From a phage: DNA of 64,000 nt. This document shows positions 1-9,347 of the stretch, piece by piece. Every line of letters begins with the position of its first letter. The first letter of the stretch is position 1. Where the stretch lies: sequence record PZ026127.1; one strand, written 5' to 3'. The notes beneath the pieces were generated by a model. The model made no database searches, was not told where the DNA came from, and saw only the letters and a program-made list of their open reading frames with translations. A program made the position numbers and the translations under genes.

Positions 1-254
1 TTCCAGGCTTTAGTAAATTTGTTCTGAAGGTCTTCGCCAAATAGCTGGTCTGGATTAACGTATTCACGTGGTATATAATAAAGCTCAATACCACGCATTT
101 GAATAGACTCAGCAACTAAAGCATCAGCCAATGTTTGGGTATTCTCATGCTTGTAGAAGTTGACGAACGGATTCATTATTTCAGTTTCGTTCGTGTTAGC
201 ATAGCCAGTATTATTTTCCAGCTTGGCAAATAAACTCGAATCGAAAGTAGCCAT
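1..254 (-). CDS. 14: neck protein gp14, N-terminal part (gene runs off window start)
   Basis: ATG (rc) at 254-252, two nt after gene 13 stop; hand translation [18 protein letters not shown]... stays open to position 1; follows 13 as in T4. Confidence 0.6.
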   Translation of the reverse strand, partial: MATFDSSLFAKLENNTGYANTNETEIMNPFVNFYKHENTQTLADALVAESIQMRGIELYYIPREYVNPDQLFGEDLQNKFTKAW

Positions 255-256
255 AA

Positions 257-1192
257 TTATCCAATTAAAATAGGTGTTGGTGGGTCGAGTAAATCTAATT
301 CTTCGCGAAGGCGTTCTTTTTCTAAACGAGCTTCTTCAATCAATCGAATACCATCTACAGTGGTTCCACCCGCAAGTTGCATGCCTTGGTGTTTGGCCAA
401 AATATTACCATTGACTTCTTTAACCAATGCCGTCGCATAATCTTTGACCCAACGGTTATTATATGAACCATCTTGCAAACCAAGGTCTTCACCTGCCCTC
501 ATACCTGAAATACGACGAGCCGGGTTATCCCAAATAGCTCCGGGACTCCATTCATTTTCGTCGCACCCGCCAGAGGCATATCCATATCCTGCGGTATTTC
601 CTACCATAGAATCAACCCCATTAAAAGAGCGAGTATAAACTTCAATTACAATAAAATCACCTTTAACAAAGTTACCCATTACCTTCAATTGTTCGGTGGC
701 ATCGTTATACCAATAATCAGGCAATGGAACCAAAAGGTCCTGCATCATAGAACGATATTGCATTAATTGTGTAAAATAACCAAGGTCAGCACCGAAGGCA
801 TTAGGTCCAAAGCTATTACAAGAAGTTCCAAGACCGCCATTAATACCGGCCAAGCCTAATACAAAATCAGTAAACCACGGATAAGTCGCTTGGCCATCCA
901 TAGATGTTAAAGAACCTACATTAGTTCTCAAAATTTGTGTTACCGCAAATATATTACGGCCTTTAAGGTCAAATACGCCGTTACGGAATTTTTCTTCGTC
1001 ATCATGGCCTATATAAAAGGCCTGATAACCTTTGTTATAGCCGTTATAATGATACTCACCGTAGAGCTCCAGGGCGCGCTGGATGCAATCGTATACTTGG
1101 TCTGTAGTTACTTCAATATTCGTAATCGGCGCACCCAGGCGGCGCAGGATTGCGTCCTTGAGTTGCTTAGGGTTATATGATTCACTTGCCAT
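257..1192 (-). CDS. 13: neck protein gp13
   Basis: 311 aa (T4 gp13 about 309 aa); N-terminal ...[13 protein letters not shown]...[14 protein letters not shown] resembles recalled T4 gp13; late promoter and RBS upstream. Confidence 0.85.
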   Translation of the reverse strand: MASESYNPKQLKDAILRRLGAPITNIEVTTDQVYDCIQRALELYGEYHYNGYNKGYQAFYIGHDDEEKFRNGVFDLKGRNIFAVTQILRTNVGSLTSMDGQATYPWFTDFVLGLAGINGGLGTSCNSFGPNAFGADLGYFTQLMQYRSMMQDLLVPLPDYWYNDATEQLKVMGNFVKGDFIVIEVYTRSFNGVDSMVGNTAGYGYASGGCDENEWSPGAIWDNPARRISGMRAGEDLGLQDGSYNNRWVKDYATALVKEVNGNILAKHQGMQLAGGTTVDGIRLIEEARLEKERLREELDLLDPPTPILIG

Positions 1193-1213
1193 GGTTTATT
1201 CCTCTAATAACCG

Positions 1214-1221
1214 TATTTATA
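1214..1221 (-). promoter_or_regulatory. T4-type late promoter TATAAATA for gene 13
   Basis: minus-strand TATAAATA about 20 nt upstream of gene 13 RBS (GAGGAA) and ATG at 1192. Confidence 0.7.
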
Positions 1222-1223
1222 GC

Positions 1224-1245
1224 AAAAAAGGGCCGAAGCCCTTTT
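1224..1245 (-). terminator. intrinsic terminator after wac
   Basis: minus-strand hairpin GGGC-UUCG-GCCC followed by U6 directly after wac stop. Confidence 0.7.
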
Positions 1246-1246
1246 A

Positions 1247-3409
1247 TTATGGTTCTGAGTTTAAAGTCACAAAATCGGACAATAATACCCATGCATTATC
1301 AACAAGAACATACGGAAGTCCATCAGCAACTGGGGCCGCTGGCGGACGTTTACCAAGTTCGGTTTCTAGTGCAGTGATTTTAGCTTCGGCTTCAGTTAAA
1401 CGAGTAGTTAATCCTGCTACCTTATCAGATTCAACTTTAACAGCAGCTAAACCTGTTTCAAGAGTACCAACTTCACCTTCAACAGTGACTAAACGGGTAT
1501 CGATTCCTGCTACTTTATCCGATTCAACTTTAACAGCGGCAAGTCCTGTTTCTAAAGTAGTGATTTTACCTTCTGTCGTAGTAACTCTAGTTGTTAAAGG
1601 AGCAATTTTGGCGGTATCAACTTTAATTGCGTTAATTTCGCCTTCAGTAGAAGAAACTCTACCTGTTAAAGAAACGATATCGCCTTTGTTCTTGGTGATA
1701 TCCGCTTTAATAGGGGTCAACTGGTTTTCCAAATCGGTTACATCTAAAGCCAGTGCAGTAACATCATCATCAGTAGTATCTGTCTTAGTTTCAAGAGCGG
1801 CAATTTTACCGTTAATGGTTACATCACTAGATTCAAGTGCTGTTAAACGACCCTCCTGTTCAACGTCTTTAGCCTTTATAGTAACGATATCTGCTTTAAT
1901 CTCACCAACCGAAGTGTTTAATGCACCTGTACGAGTATCAAGAGAAGAAATTGAGGTATCATTATCATCGACTCTAGAAGTTAAAGCGGTCACTTTACCG
2001 TTAGTAACAACCAAATCATCCTTAACAGATTCTATTTCAGTAGAAACGTTAGGAACTTCGGTCCATGTAGCATTACGACGAGCATAAAGCTTACCATCGG
2101 AAGGGGCATCATTCAACTTACCTAACATCTGGGTTTCTAAAGAAGTAACCGCGTTAATAAGACCACGCTCTTCTACAGTAGCACCGTTAGGGTTTGTCCC
2201 GTCAACCTTATTGGTGAGTTTAAGTAAAGTACCCTTAATACCAGATTGGTTATTTCCAATTTCTACTTGAATATCCTGGATAGATGAAGTAGATTGGTTT
2301 GCTTGGATAATAACGTCATTTAAACGCTTATTAATGGTCCCAGCTGCCGGAGATACTTCACTACCTAAACGGCGGTTGATATCAGTAACTTGGAAACGTA
2401 AGCCATCACTTGAACTAGCGCCCACTACGGTTTTAAGGTCATTTACATCAGTACGAAGACCGCTTAAACGTCCATTAATAGAAGTAGGAGTTGATTCAGA
2501 ACCTATTTGGGTTTCAATTGATGTTACACGAGGTTTTAAATCAACGTTGACTGAATTTTCTAGGGTAAGAGTTTTGCTTTCTAAAGTAGTTACTCGGTCT
2601 TTTATAGGCATACCAGAGAAATCAATATTAGTCTTAATTTCGTCGATAGATGTATTGAAATTAATTGCAGCCGTTTCTAATACAGAAATTCGGGTATAAG
2701 CCTGTTGTTTACCTACCGTATCGGAATGGGGCCCGAGTTCAGCACGAATTTCATTTAATTTAATACCTAGTTGCCCGACGTCAGAATCTTCATAATTCCT
2801 TTCAAGGGTATCAATGCGAAGACGATGGTCGACCAATTGAGTGGTATTATCAATGATGCGTCGTTTCATACCGGTGGCTTCACTGGTTTCACCAGGAGGC
2901 AACGGATTACCATTTATATCCTGGTTTTCATAATGACCTATTTCGGTTTTAAGAAGAACAATATTTTCGCGTACAGTTAAATATGGGCCATCTTGTAAAG
3001 GGTCATGGTAGCCAACGTCTTCTTTTAGGTGGTCGAAATTTATGGTTAAATTGTTTAGCCCAGTAGTGGTTTCGCCTTCTACTCTCTTAAGCTCTACGAT
3101 ATCAACACGGTTTTTCTCAATTTGTTGGATGACGGAAATATCCGTAGCCATTTCTAAGGCATCATTGATATTATTAACGTTTTCTACCAGTTCGTTAACT
3201 TTATCTGCGGTTTTCAAATCATTCGCATCAAGAGCTTCAACGTTTTTCTGAACTCCTAAAGCAGCAGCGTTCAAATTACCTTCATTGCCGTATTTTGTTT
3301 TTGCTGCAGACATACAATCACCCTCGCGTATCCATTGGATACGCTTTTGAGGAGCATCAGGTACGCCGTCAACAAATGGTAACTCACTAAGTTCCAATTT
3401 GTTAATCAT
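1247..3409 (-). CDS. wac: fibritin (whisker/collar), expanded coiled coil
   Basis: 720 aa; N-term ...LSELPFVDG... and C-terminal foldon-like ...DGLPYVLVDNAWVLLS...; heptad-rich middle; sits between 13 and 12. Confidence 0.85.
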   Translation of the reverse strand: MINKLELSELPFVDGVPDAPQKRIQWIREGDCMSAAKTKYGNEGNLNAAALGVQKNVEALDANDLKTADKVNELVENVNNINDALEMATDISVIQQIEKNRVDIVELKRVEGETTTGLNNLTINFDHLKEDVGYHDPLQDGPYLTVRENIVLLKTEIGHYENQDINGNPLPPGETSEATGMKRRIIDNTTQLVDHRLRIDTLERNYEDSDVGQLGIKLNEIRAELGPHSDTVGKQQAYTRISVLETAAINFNTSIDEIKTNIDFSGMPIKDRVTTLESKTLTLENSVNVDLKPRVTSIETQIGSESTPTSINGRLSGLRTDVNDLKTVVGASSSDGLRFQVTDINRRLGSEVSPAAGTINKRLNDVIIQANQSTSSIQDIQVEIGNNQSGIKGTLLKLTNKVDGTNPNGATVEERGLINAVTSLETQMLGKLNDAPSDGKLYARRNATWTEVPNVSTEIESVKDDLVVTNGKVTALTSRVDDNDTSISSLDTRTGALNTSVGEIKADIVTIKAKDVEQEGRLTALESSDVTINGKIAALETKTDTTDDDVTALALDVTDLENQLTPIKADITKNKGDIVSLTGRVSSTEGEINAIKVDTAKIAPLTTRVTTTEGKITTLETGLAAVKVESDKVAGIDTRLVTVEGEVGTLETGLAAVKVESDKVAGLTTRLTEAEAKITALETELGKRPPAAPVADGLPYVLVDNAWVLLSDFVTLNSEP
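1413..1598 (-). repeat. 93-bp (31-codon) tandem duplication inside wac coiled-coil segment
   Basis: near-identical units beginning at 1413 and 1506 (cctgctac.ttatc.gattcaactttaacagc...); encodes LETGLAAVKVESDKVAG twice. Confidence 0.8.
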
Positions 3410-3418
3410 TTTTTACCC

Positions 3419-4945
3419 TTATTCTACTTTAATAATAAAAAGAACGGACATTGTCCATGGACGTGTTTCGTTGGCAATAAGACCTTCACTATTCAATGTG
3501 GTATGTCCATCACGGTTCCAAGGATCGGTGGTCTCAAAACCATCGTTGGTATAATAACTACGGTTATCCCAGTCAAGGCCTTTACGAGTACCAACATATC
3601 CGGAGTTAGCGGTGTTACCGAAGGCACCCGCATTATCATGTTCACCAAAACCACCAGCATGTTTATGATAACGTAATGCTTGGGCTTGAACGGAAGATTG
3701 CGGGAAAGAACCAACACCATTACCTAAACGGGCTTTACCTTTACCGTCTTCTCCTCGGTTACCGGCAATATGCGGGTTAACTTCGCCTTCAGAATATCCA
3801 CCGACCGTGTTAGCGCCACGAGGATATAATCCACGGAAATCTGGAATAGCACCCCACCATCCCCAACGCCCACCAACAGCATTTAAATATGCACCACCAG
3901 TGTAAGTCCCACCTACACAAGCACGCCATTTACCAGGTATATTACCTTCATTGCCACCCCACATGCAAATAGTACCCACCGGAACGCTATCTGATAATTG
4001 GTCATGGGTAACAACATCAACACCATTACGACGTAATGCTCCATTAACGTTTAAAGTACCCCATATTTCGCCGCCTGAAGTAGAAATAACGTTAGCATTA
4101 TAAGCCAGCGCCGTATTACCATCGCCTTGGCCTACAGTAGTAGATAAACGAACCAACCCAATACGTCCGGTATTACCTGTACGAGCTAACAAAGAAGCAG
4201 GTGTAACTGCGGTGGTATGGTCGGTACCATTAGATACCATATCCCAACCAGCGAGTTTAATAATACCACTTCTGGCTTCGGTGGAAGTTAATGTGGCTAA
4301 TCCTGCTGGAGAAATAGCGATACCTACCGAAAGACTTCCATTACCAACCTCGGCATTGGTCGCTAAACGAACTAAACCTTCATTTGTAGTCGTTGCTGTA
4401 GAATAAACCGGTAACGCTGCCGTCGCTGCACCAATTGCCTGAGATACTTTAAGCGGGGTCATTGCTGTGGTATCATCGGTACCAGCTAATGCGGCAGGTG
4501 TAGTTGAAATCTTGATAACGCCTGTGGCGTTCTCTGTTGATAAACGGTTCTCAAATGTATAATCCATTACCGCTTTCAAAGAGGTTGCTACGATTGCAGC
4601 CTGGGGCTCTGTGCCTGCTATGGCTTCAGCGTTAGTAGCATAACGGGTGATACCTACATAAGTTTCTGTTGCCTGAGTAGGAATATCTAAACGAGCTTTT
4701 AAAGTTGCTGGTGTCACTGCACTATAAGCATCCAGACCATCCATTACTTCTTGTGTGGTTGCAAGACGAATAATACCTTGGGATGTTTCTGTGGCTGAAG
4801 GAACATTACCTGTGACGCCGATTAATGAAATAGTGGCCAATGCTTCTTGAACATTAGTAATATCAGGCGGGAAATTCGACCCGGTAGGGTCGAATGATTT
4901 GAATTCCGATTTATCACTAATGTGTTTTAGTGTGTTTGTTGACAT
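3419..4945 (-). CDS. 12: short tail fibre protein gp12
   Basis: 508 aa (T4 gp12 about 527); repeated ...G(I/L)(I/V)(R/K)LAT... motifs; position between wac and 11. Confidence 0.8.
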   Translation of the reverse strand: MSTNTLKHISDKSEFKSFDPTGSNFPPDITNVQEALATISLIGVTGNVPSATETSQGIIRLATTQEVMDGLDAYSAVTPATLKARLDIPTQATETYVGITRYATNAEAIAGTEPQAAIVATSLKAVMDYTFENRLSTENATGVIKISTTPAALAGTDDTTAMTPLKVSQAIGAATAALPVYSTATTTNEGLVRLATNAEVGNGSLSVGIAISPAGLATLTSTEARSGIIKLAGWDMVSNGTDHTTAVTPASLLARTGNTGRIGLVRLSTTVGQGDGNTALAYNANVISTSGGEIWGTLNVNGALRRNGVDVVTHDQLSDSVPVGTICMWGGNEGNIPGKWRACVGGTYTGGAYLNAVGGRWGWWGAIPDFRGLYPRGANTVGGYSEGEVNPHIAGNRGEDGKGKARLGNGVGSFPQSSVQAQALRYHKHAGGFGEHDNAGAFGNTANSGYVGTRKGLDWDNRSYYTNDGFETTDPWNRDGHTTLNSEGLIANETRPWTMSVLFIIKVE

Positions 4946-5610
4946 TAATATAATCTCTTATAGTAATATAAAGGAATCGTGCCGTTAACTGTACCACCTG
5001 CTAACGATTGGGTAGAGTTACCTAAGTATTCCCACTTACCGTATCCAGCCCTTGGCTGTTGGACTATAGTATGGGAAATTGTACAACCCGATTGTTTATA
5101 TGGTGAAAAAATATGATTCTGATAGTCATTGTATTTAATATTCAAGGTAGATTGGTCTAAGGCATCAATAGCAGTTTCGGCCAAAATATAGCTATTAGCA
5201 ATAGCGTCTAAAAACACATCATTTACTTTAGATGCAACCAATACAGATGAATCGCCAACTAAGACCTCTACAGGAAGTCCGAACACTTTAATAATAACCG
5301 GGTCGCCAAGTTCACCGCCTGAAGAAATAGAACCGGTAAATGTAATTTTATCAGATTGCTGAATAAATCCAGGTGCTCTGTTTTCTGTGGTAATAATAAC
5401 AGAGTTCACAGGAAGCTCTGTTCTAAATGCAATATCATCTATTGCACTTTGGACTGTAGGAAAATAAACACCCTTCTGGGTTTGGTTTGCAGAAGGCCCA
5501 CCGATAGGACGTTGGTCAGCGACAGCAGTAGGCTTGTCACTAGTGTAAGATAATTCCAAATAATCGGCTAAGCGGGATTTTAACCCGCTTTTCATTTCAG
5601 TTAAAGTCAT
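4945..5610 (-). CDS. 11: baseplate wedge protein gp11 (short tail fibre attachment)
   Basis: 221 aa (T4 gp11 about 219); ATGA overlap with gp10 stop; synteny. Confidence 0.8.
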   Translation of the reverse strand: MTLTEMKSGLKSRLADYLELSYTSDKPTAVADQRPIGGPSANQTQKGVYFPTVQSAIDDIAFRTELPVNSVIITTENRAPGFIQQSDKITFTGSISSGGELGDPVIIKVFGLPVEVLVGDSSVLVASKVNDVFLDAIANSYILAETAIDALDQSTLNIKYNDYQNHIFSPYKQSGCTISHTIVQQPRAGYGKWEYLGNSTQSLAGGTVNGTIPLYYYKRLY

Positions 5611-7421
5611 TATGCAATCCTCATCCAGCGATGAACAGTTAAGTATGGTGGTAGAGTATTAACCGGGATAGGAGTGGTTCCTTGAGCCTTATTAATACTG
5701 GCTTTATCTTCACGATATTTTGTATAAGCTGGTCCTTGTGAATCAGGGTCAACTAAACATCCACCTACAAAAATAGGGCCATCGTTATCAGCAATAAGGA
5801 CTTTATCATCGGTATTAAGTTCAGGGATATTCTCATATTTCAAATTAGCCACATGAGCGCCACCAGTACCGCCAGCAGTTGACTGTGGAATACCAGCAGA
5901 ATCCAGATCGTTGTTATTTGCATTAAACAAAGAACTAGCGTCAGGAGACCAACCTACCAAGAACACATCAGATAAACGCTTCCATGAACCAAAGCCCATA
6001 TAAGTTTTAGGGTTATTAGGGTTCACCGTATTCTCATAGATGGTTCCTATTGGATAAACCAAATCAAAAAACGTTGCTGCTGTATCTATTGTAATATTGG
6101 ACGCGGCGACCGGTTCAACGTTAGGTGCAAAAGGATTGTCTACATCAGTGATACGAACTTGACCTGTTATATCAATCGATGGGCCTTTAGAAATATAGAT
6201 GTTGTTGGTATAATCCAAAATCTCATCAATTTCCATGGTAGTACCGATATCATTATTGTACCAAATTACCGTAAGAATATCGCCATGTTCAAAGCTACGT
6301 CCAAATTCAATAGATTCAATCTTATCTTCAGGAGTCAAATTAAAAATATAATCAGATTTAGATTGGGTCCATTGACCGCCTGCATTAAAACACTCGGTAG
6401 CAGTACGACCATCAGCGCCTTCACAATAAAACGAAGGAAGTCCGGCCGTACCAGCTTGATGAAGTAATGTGCTATTCAGCATAACTTGACAAGCATTTGG
6501 GTTGATAGGACTGTTAACAGAAATATTCAAATCTGCTGCCGATATAACATGTGAAGTATTCAAATCTCCGACGAAAGAAGAACCAGGAACAGAAACATTT
6601 TTAGTCAATTCTGAACTTTGGATTGTTATATCACGACGGTTATAAGAACTGCGCCATTGAGCAAGCCCGTCATTATACGATTTGATAATAACAGTATCAC
6701 CTGCTTCACAAGGATATTTTAAACGGATGTCCTTACCATTCAAGGCAACCAATTCACCTGGTTGAGCACCTGGGGAACCGAACTCTGCGGTAGCCGCATC
6801 AAAAATATCATCAATACCATAGAACAAATTGTTACCACGTTGTGAAACGCTTAAACTTGCTACGTTATAAGAAAGACCTGGGAAAACATCTAGAAAATCT
6901 GTTTGACCTTCGGTGGCAATAAACTGCTTGGTTGCTACAGTAGCAAGGTCGTTATTTGGAATACGGTTTACTTGCTTATTTTCAACATATTCCCATCGTC
7001 CTGGGGCACAATAAACTAATTCAAGGTCCGAGAAGTTGCGAGCAATTTCTACTTGAGTAGCTGAACCCTTAATGGTATCACCCGTGGCAGGGATTAGGGT
7101 TACAGGGTTAGCTTGCCATGAGGAATACACATCACGTACACGGATAACAAAGTTATATTCTTCAGGAGAGCCTTTAGGAAGCTGAACGTTAATACGCCCA
7201 CCTTGAGTATTAAGGGTATAGCTATGACCCATTACAGCGTTCAACAAAGCACCATCTGCAGTAGAATGCTGTTTCCAAGCGCCTGCTGCATGAGGGTTGT
7301 TGCCATCACCTAATTGGTAATAAAGCTCATTGAAGTTGTTATTAATTTTAAGACCACCTGCACGCAGGTAATCACCGGACCCGTCATCAACAGCGGAACC
7401 TACTTTTAAGTCTTGTTTCAT
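5610..7421 (-). CDS. 10: baseplate wedge protein gp10
   Basis: 603 aa (T4 gp10 about 602); synteny 9-10-11. Confidence 0.8.
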   Translation of the reverse strand: MKQDLKVGSAVDDGSGDYLRAGGLKINNNFNELYYQLGDGNNPHAAGAWKQHSTADGALLNAVMGHSYTLNTQGGRINVQLPKGSPEEYNFVIRVRDVYSSWQANPVTLIPATGDTIKGSATQVEIARNFSDLELVYCAPGRWEYVENKQVNRIPNNDLATVATKQFIATEGQTDFLDVFPGLSYNVASLSVSQRGNNLFYGIDDIFDAATAEFGSPGAQPGELVALNGKDIRLKYPCEAGDTVIIKSYNDGLAQWRSSYNRRDITIQSSELTKNVSVPGSSFVGDLNTSHVISAADLNISVNSPINPNACQVMLNSTLLHQAGTAGLPSFYCEGADGRTATECFNAGGQWTQSKSDYIFNLTPEDKIESIEFGRSFEHGDILTVIWYNNDIGTTMEIDEILDYTNNIYISKGPSIDITGQVRITDVDNPFAPNVEPVAASNITIDTAATFFDLVYPIGTIYENTVNPNNPKTYMGFGSWKRLSDVFLVGWSPDASSLFNANNNDLDSAGIPQSTAGGTGGAHVANLKYENIPELNTDDKVLIADNDGPIFVGGCLVDPDSQGPAYTKYREDKASINKAQGTTPIPVNTLPPYLTVHRWMRIA

Positions 7422-8281
7422 TATACTGGAACTCCAATAGTTTGGGTTTCTACGACCTTAATTGCAAGCCTCATAGGATTGACAGAAGAAGCGGTCGCGA
7501 TAATATAGTTTGATGTATCGAATTTAAAATCTAGGGAATAAATTTCGTCATCATCTGAAGTTTGCCCACGTTTAATAACAGCGTATTCGGTGGAATAAAT
7601 CTTTTTAGCTTGGTTGTCGATAAACACAAGATATTCTGAAGCTTTGTAAACGGTTTCGTTGGCATTCACTGCCGTAACTAAAAGTTTGACCAATGAATAC
7701 TGGCCGGAATAAACCACCGGAATATCACGAGCGACAGAAGATATATTATATGTCTTATTTAATGGAACTCGTTTATCACCAAACATACTTTCAATTGAAT
7801 AATCCCATACTGCAATGCCGTTTGTATCTGATACACACCATAAAAGAACTCGTGTATAAGGTGTTACGATACGCAAAGTCGAAGTTGAATGGCTTGCAAA
7901 AGTATCCAATATACGGATTTCAAGATAATTAGTGGAAGAAATACTCCCGTTAGAGTTGATAATCTCGATTCCTTCACCGACTGCACCTTTTACAGTGGTT
8001 AATACGATAGAACCGGTAGAAGCATCGATATCCACCAAAGAGCCTAAATCTACTGAGCTTGCTTGGTCCATATCACCAAATTTTTGATAATAACCTGTAG
8101 CGTGTAATTTCTGACCGGTTAATTCACCAGTTAAAGCGGTTTTGCGTTGGTCGCCGAAAGTATTATATATGTTGTTTAAGTCAGTGTTCAGTTTAACACC
8201 GCCATCATAAAGAATGTCGCCGGTGCTGGCATTACCAATTTCACCGACGTCAATTAGTTCTTTACCAGTTTGCTTAATCAT
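7421..8281 (-). CDS. 9: baseplate wedge protein gp9 (long tail fibre socket)
   Basis: 286 aa (T4 gp9 about 288); synteny. Confidence 0.8.
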   Translation of the reverse strand: MIKQTGKELIDVGEIGNASTGDILYDGGVKLNTDLNNIYNTFGDQRKTALTGELTGQKLHATGYYQKFGDMDQASSVDLGSLVDIDASTGSIVLTTVKGAVGEGIEIINSNGSISSTNYLEIRILDTFASHSTSTLRIVTPYTRVLLWCVSDTNGIAVWDYSIESMFGDKRVPLNKTYNISSVARDIPVVYSGQYSLVKLLVTAVNANETVYKASEYLVFIDNQAKKIYSTEYAVIKRGQTSDDDEIYSLDFKFDTSNYIIATASSVNPMRLAIKVVETQTIGVPV

Positions 8282-8307
8282 AGGTATGCCTCATTATTGA
8301 TATACTG

Positions 8308-8315
8308 TATTTATT
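8308..8315 (-). promoter_or_regulatory. late-promoter-like AATAAATA upstream of gene 9
   Basis: minus-strand AATAAATA (7/8 of TATAAATA) in the 61-bp gap between gene 8 stop and gene 9 start. Confidence 0.45.
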
Positions 8316-8316
8316 A

Positions 8317-8339
8317 AACCCGAAAGGGCCTTGCGGCCC
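8317..8339 (-). terminator. hairpin/terminator after gene 8
   Basis: minus-strand GGGCC-GCAA-GGCCC hairpin followed by UUUCGGGUUU. Confidence 0.5.
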
Positions 8340-8342
8340 TTA

Positions 8343-9347
8343 TTAGAATTCGAAGATAATGTTAATTTCTTCTGTTTGGTCCATGGAACGAATAACCGGA
8401 GGACGGTTTTCCATATAAATCATTTCACCTGAATGGCGGGAGAGGTCTATAACATCATAGTACTCTTTTTCGGCTTTAATGATCGGATCGGATGGGTGAG
8501 CTTTAGCTTCTAATGGATTAGAAATTATCGAAAGCTGTCTAAATCCTTTGTTACCAGGAAGACTAAATTCAGGGAAGTAAACTGAATCTAAGAATGCTTT
8601 AAAACGAATGGTATTGCCTTTAATACGATAAATCAATCCATAATCGTCTTGCTGCCAAGTAAGATTATTCTCGTATCCCCAACGTTCAGGGTCTTCGGCA
8701 ATTTCTTCTGGCCATGGTACTACAATATATTCATTAGTGCAACGGTTAATACTTACATCAGGTGGAATCTCATACAAATATTCCCAGAGATACCCATCAC
8801 CCGTATCAACCATACCTTCCGTATCACCTTGACCTGCTGGAGCTTTAACCGACTGTACATTTGAGGTCCATTTACCACCAAGTTTAATACACTCAGTTTT
8901 ATTATCAAGGGACAAAATAGAACATGTACCTGATTCTGGGATATCTACACAACGATAAACCATCCACCCGGCACCGACATCAGTACGGTTTTGCGGCTGG
9001 CTGTTCGCCACTACAATTTCACCAATCTGGAAAGTAAACGGATTAGGATAAGAGGTATCGCCCCAGTCTTTGCGCGGGACAACACAATCCAACATGCTCT
9101 TATAAACCTTAACGCATCCCATCATGTTTGTCCAGACGTCTTCTACGCCTTCAGAATCATCTACAGGATACGGCGGGGCAAAACCTGGGTCGTTTTCGTT
9201 ATCGGCCCATGGTCGGGCCCTTCCGAAAGATACATACATGGTGTTCTGGTCTTCACCATCACCTATTGTTCTGTAAAAGTTGTACATTTTTTCCGTTCTA
9301 AATTTTGAAGTAACAATAGAACGATAAACTACTGTAGAATTAATCAT
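8343..9347 (-). CDS. 8: baseplate wedge protein gp8
   Basis: 334 aa (T4 gp8 334 aa); overlaps gp7 stop by 8 nt; synteny. Confidence 0.8.
   Translation of the reverse strand: MINSTVVYRSIVTSKFRTEKMYNFYRTIGDGEDQNTMYVSFGRARPWADNENDPGFAPPYPVDDSEGVEDVWTNMMGCVKVYKSMLDCVVPRKDWGDTSYPNPFTFQIGEIVVANSQPQNRTDVGAGWMVYRCVDIPESGTCSILSLDNKTECIKLGGKWTSNVQSVKAPAGQGDTEGMVDTGDGYLWEYLYEIPPDVSINRCTNEYIVVPWPEEIAEDPERWGYENNLTWQQDDYGLIYRIKGNTIRFKAFLDSVYFPEFSLPGNKGFRQLSIISNPLEAKAHPSDPIIKAEKEYYDVIDLSRHSGEMIYMENRPPVIRSMDQTEEINIIFEF

Noticed and set aside
1083-2087. 334-aa plus-strand ORF rich in Ser/Thr/Val
   Set aside because: Lies entirely antisense to the fibritin gene; its low-complexity composition is the mirror of the coiled-coil codons, so it is a shadow ORF.
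6159-8864. Plus-strand ORFs of 70-105 aa inside gp10, gp9 and gp8 (6159-6467, 7693-7932, 8649-8864, and similar ones through gp7/gp6/gp5)
   Set aside because: All are antisense to long, well-supported structural genes, lack RBSs and have odd composition; treated as shadow ORFs.
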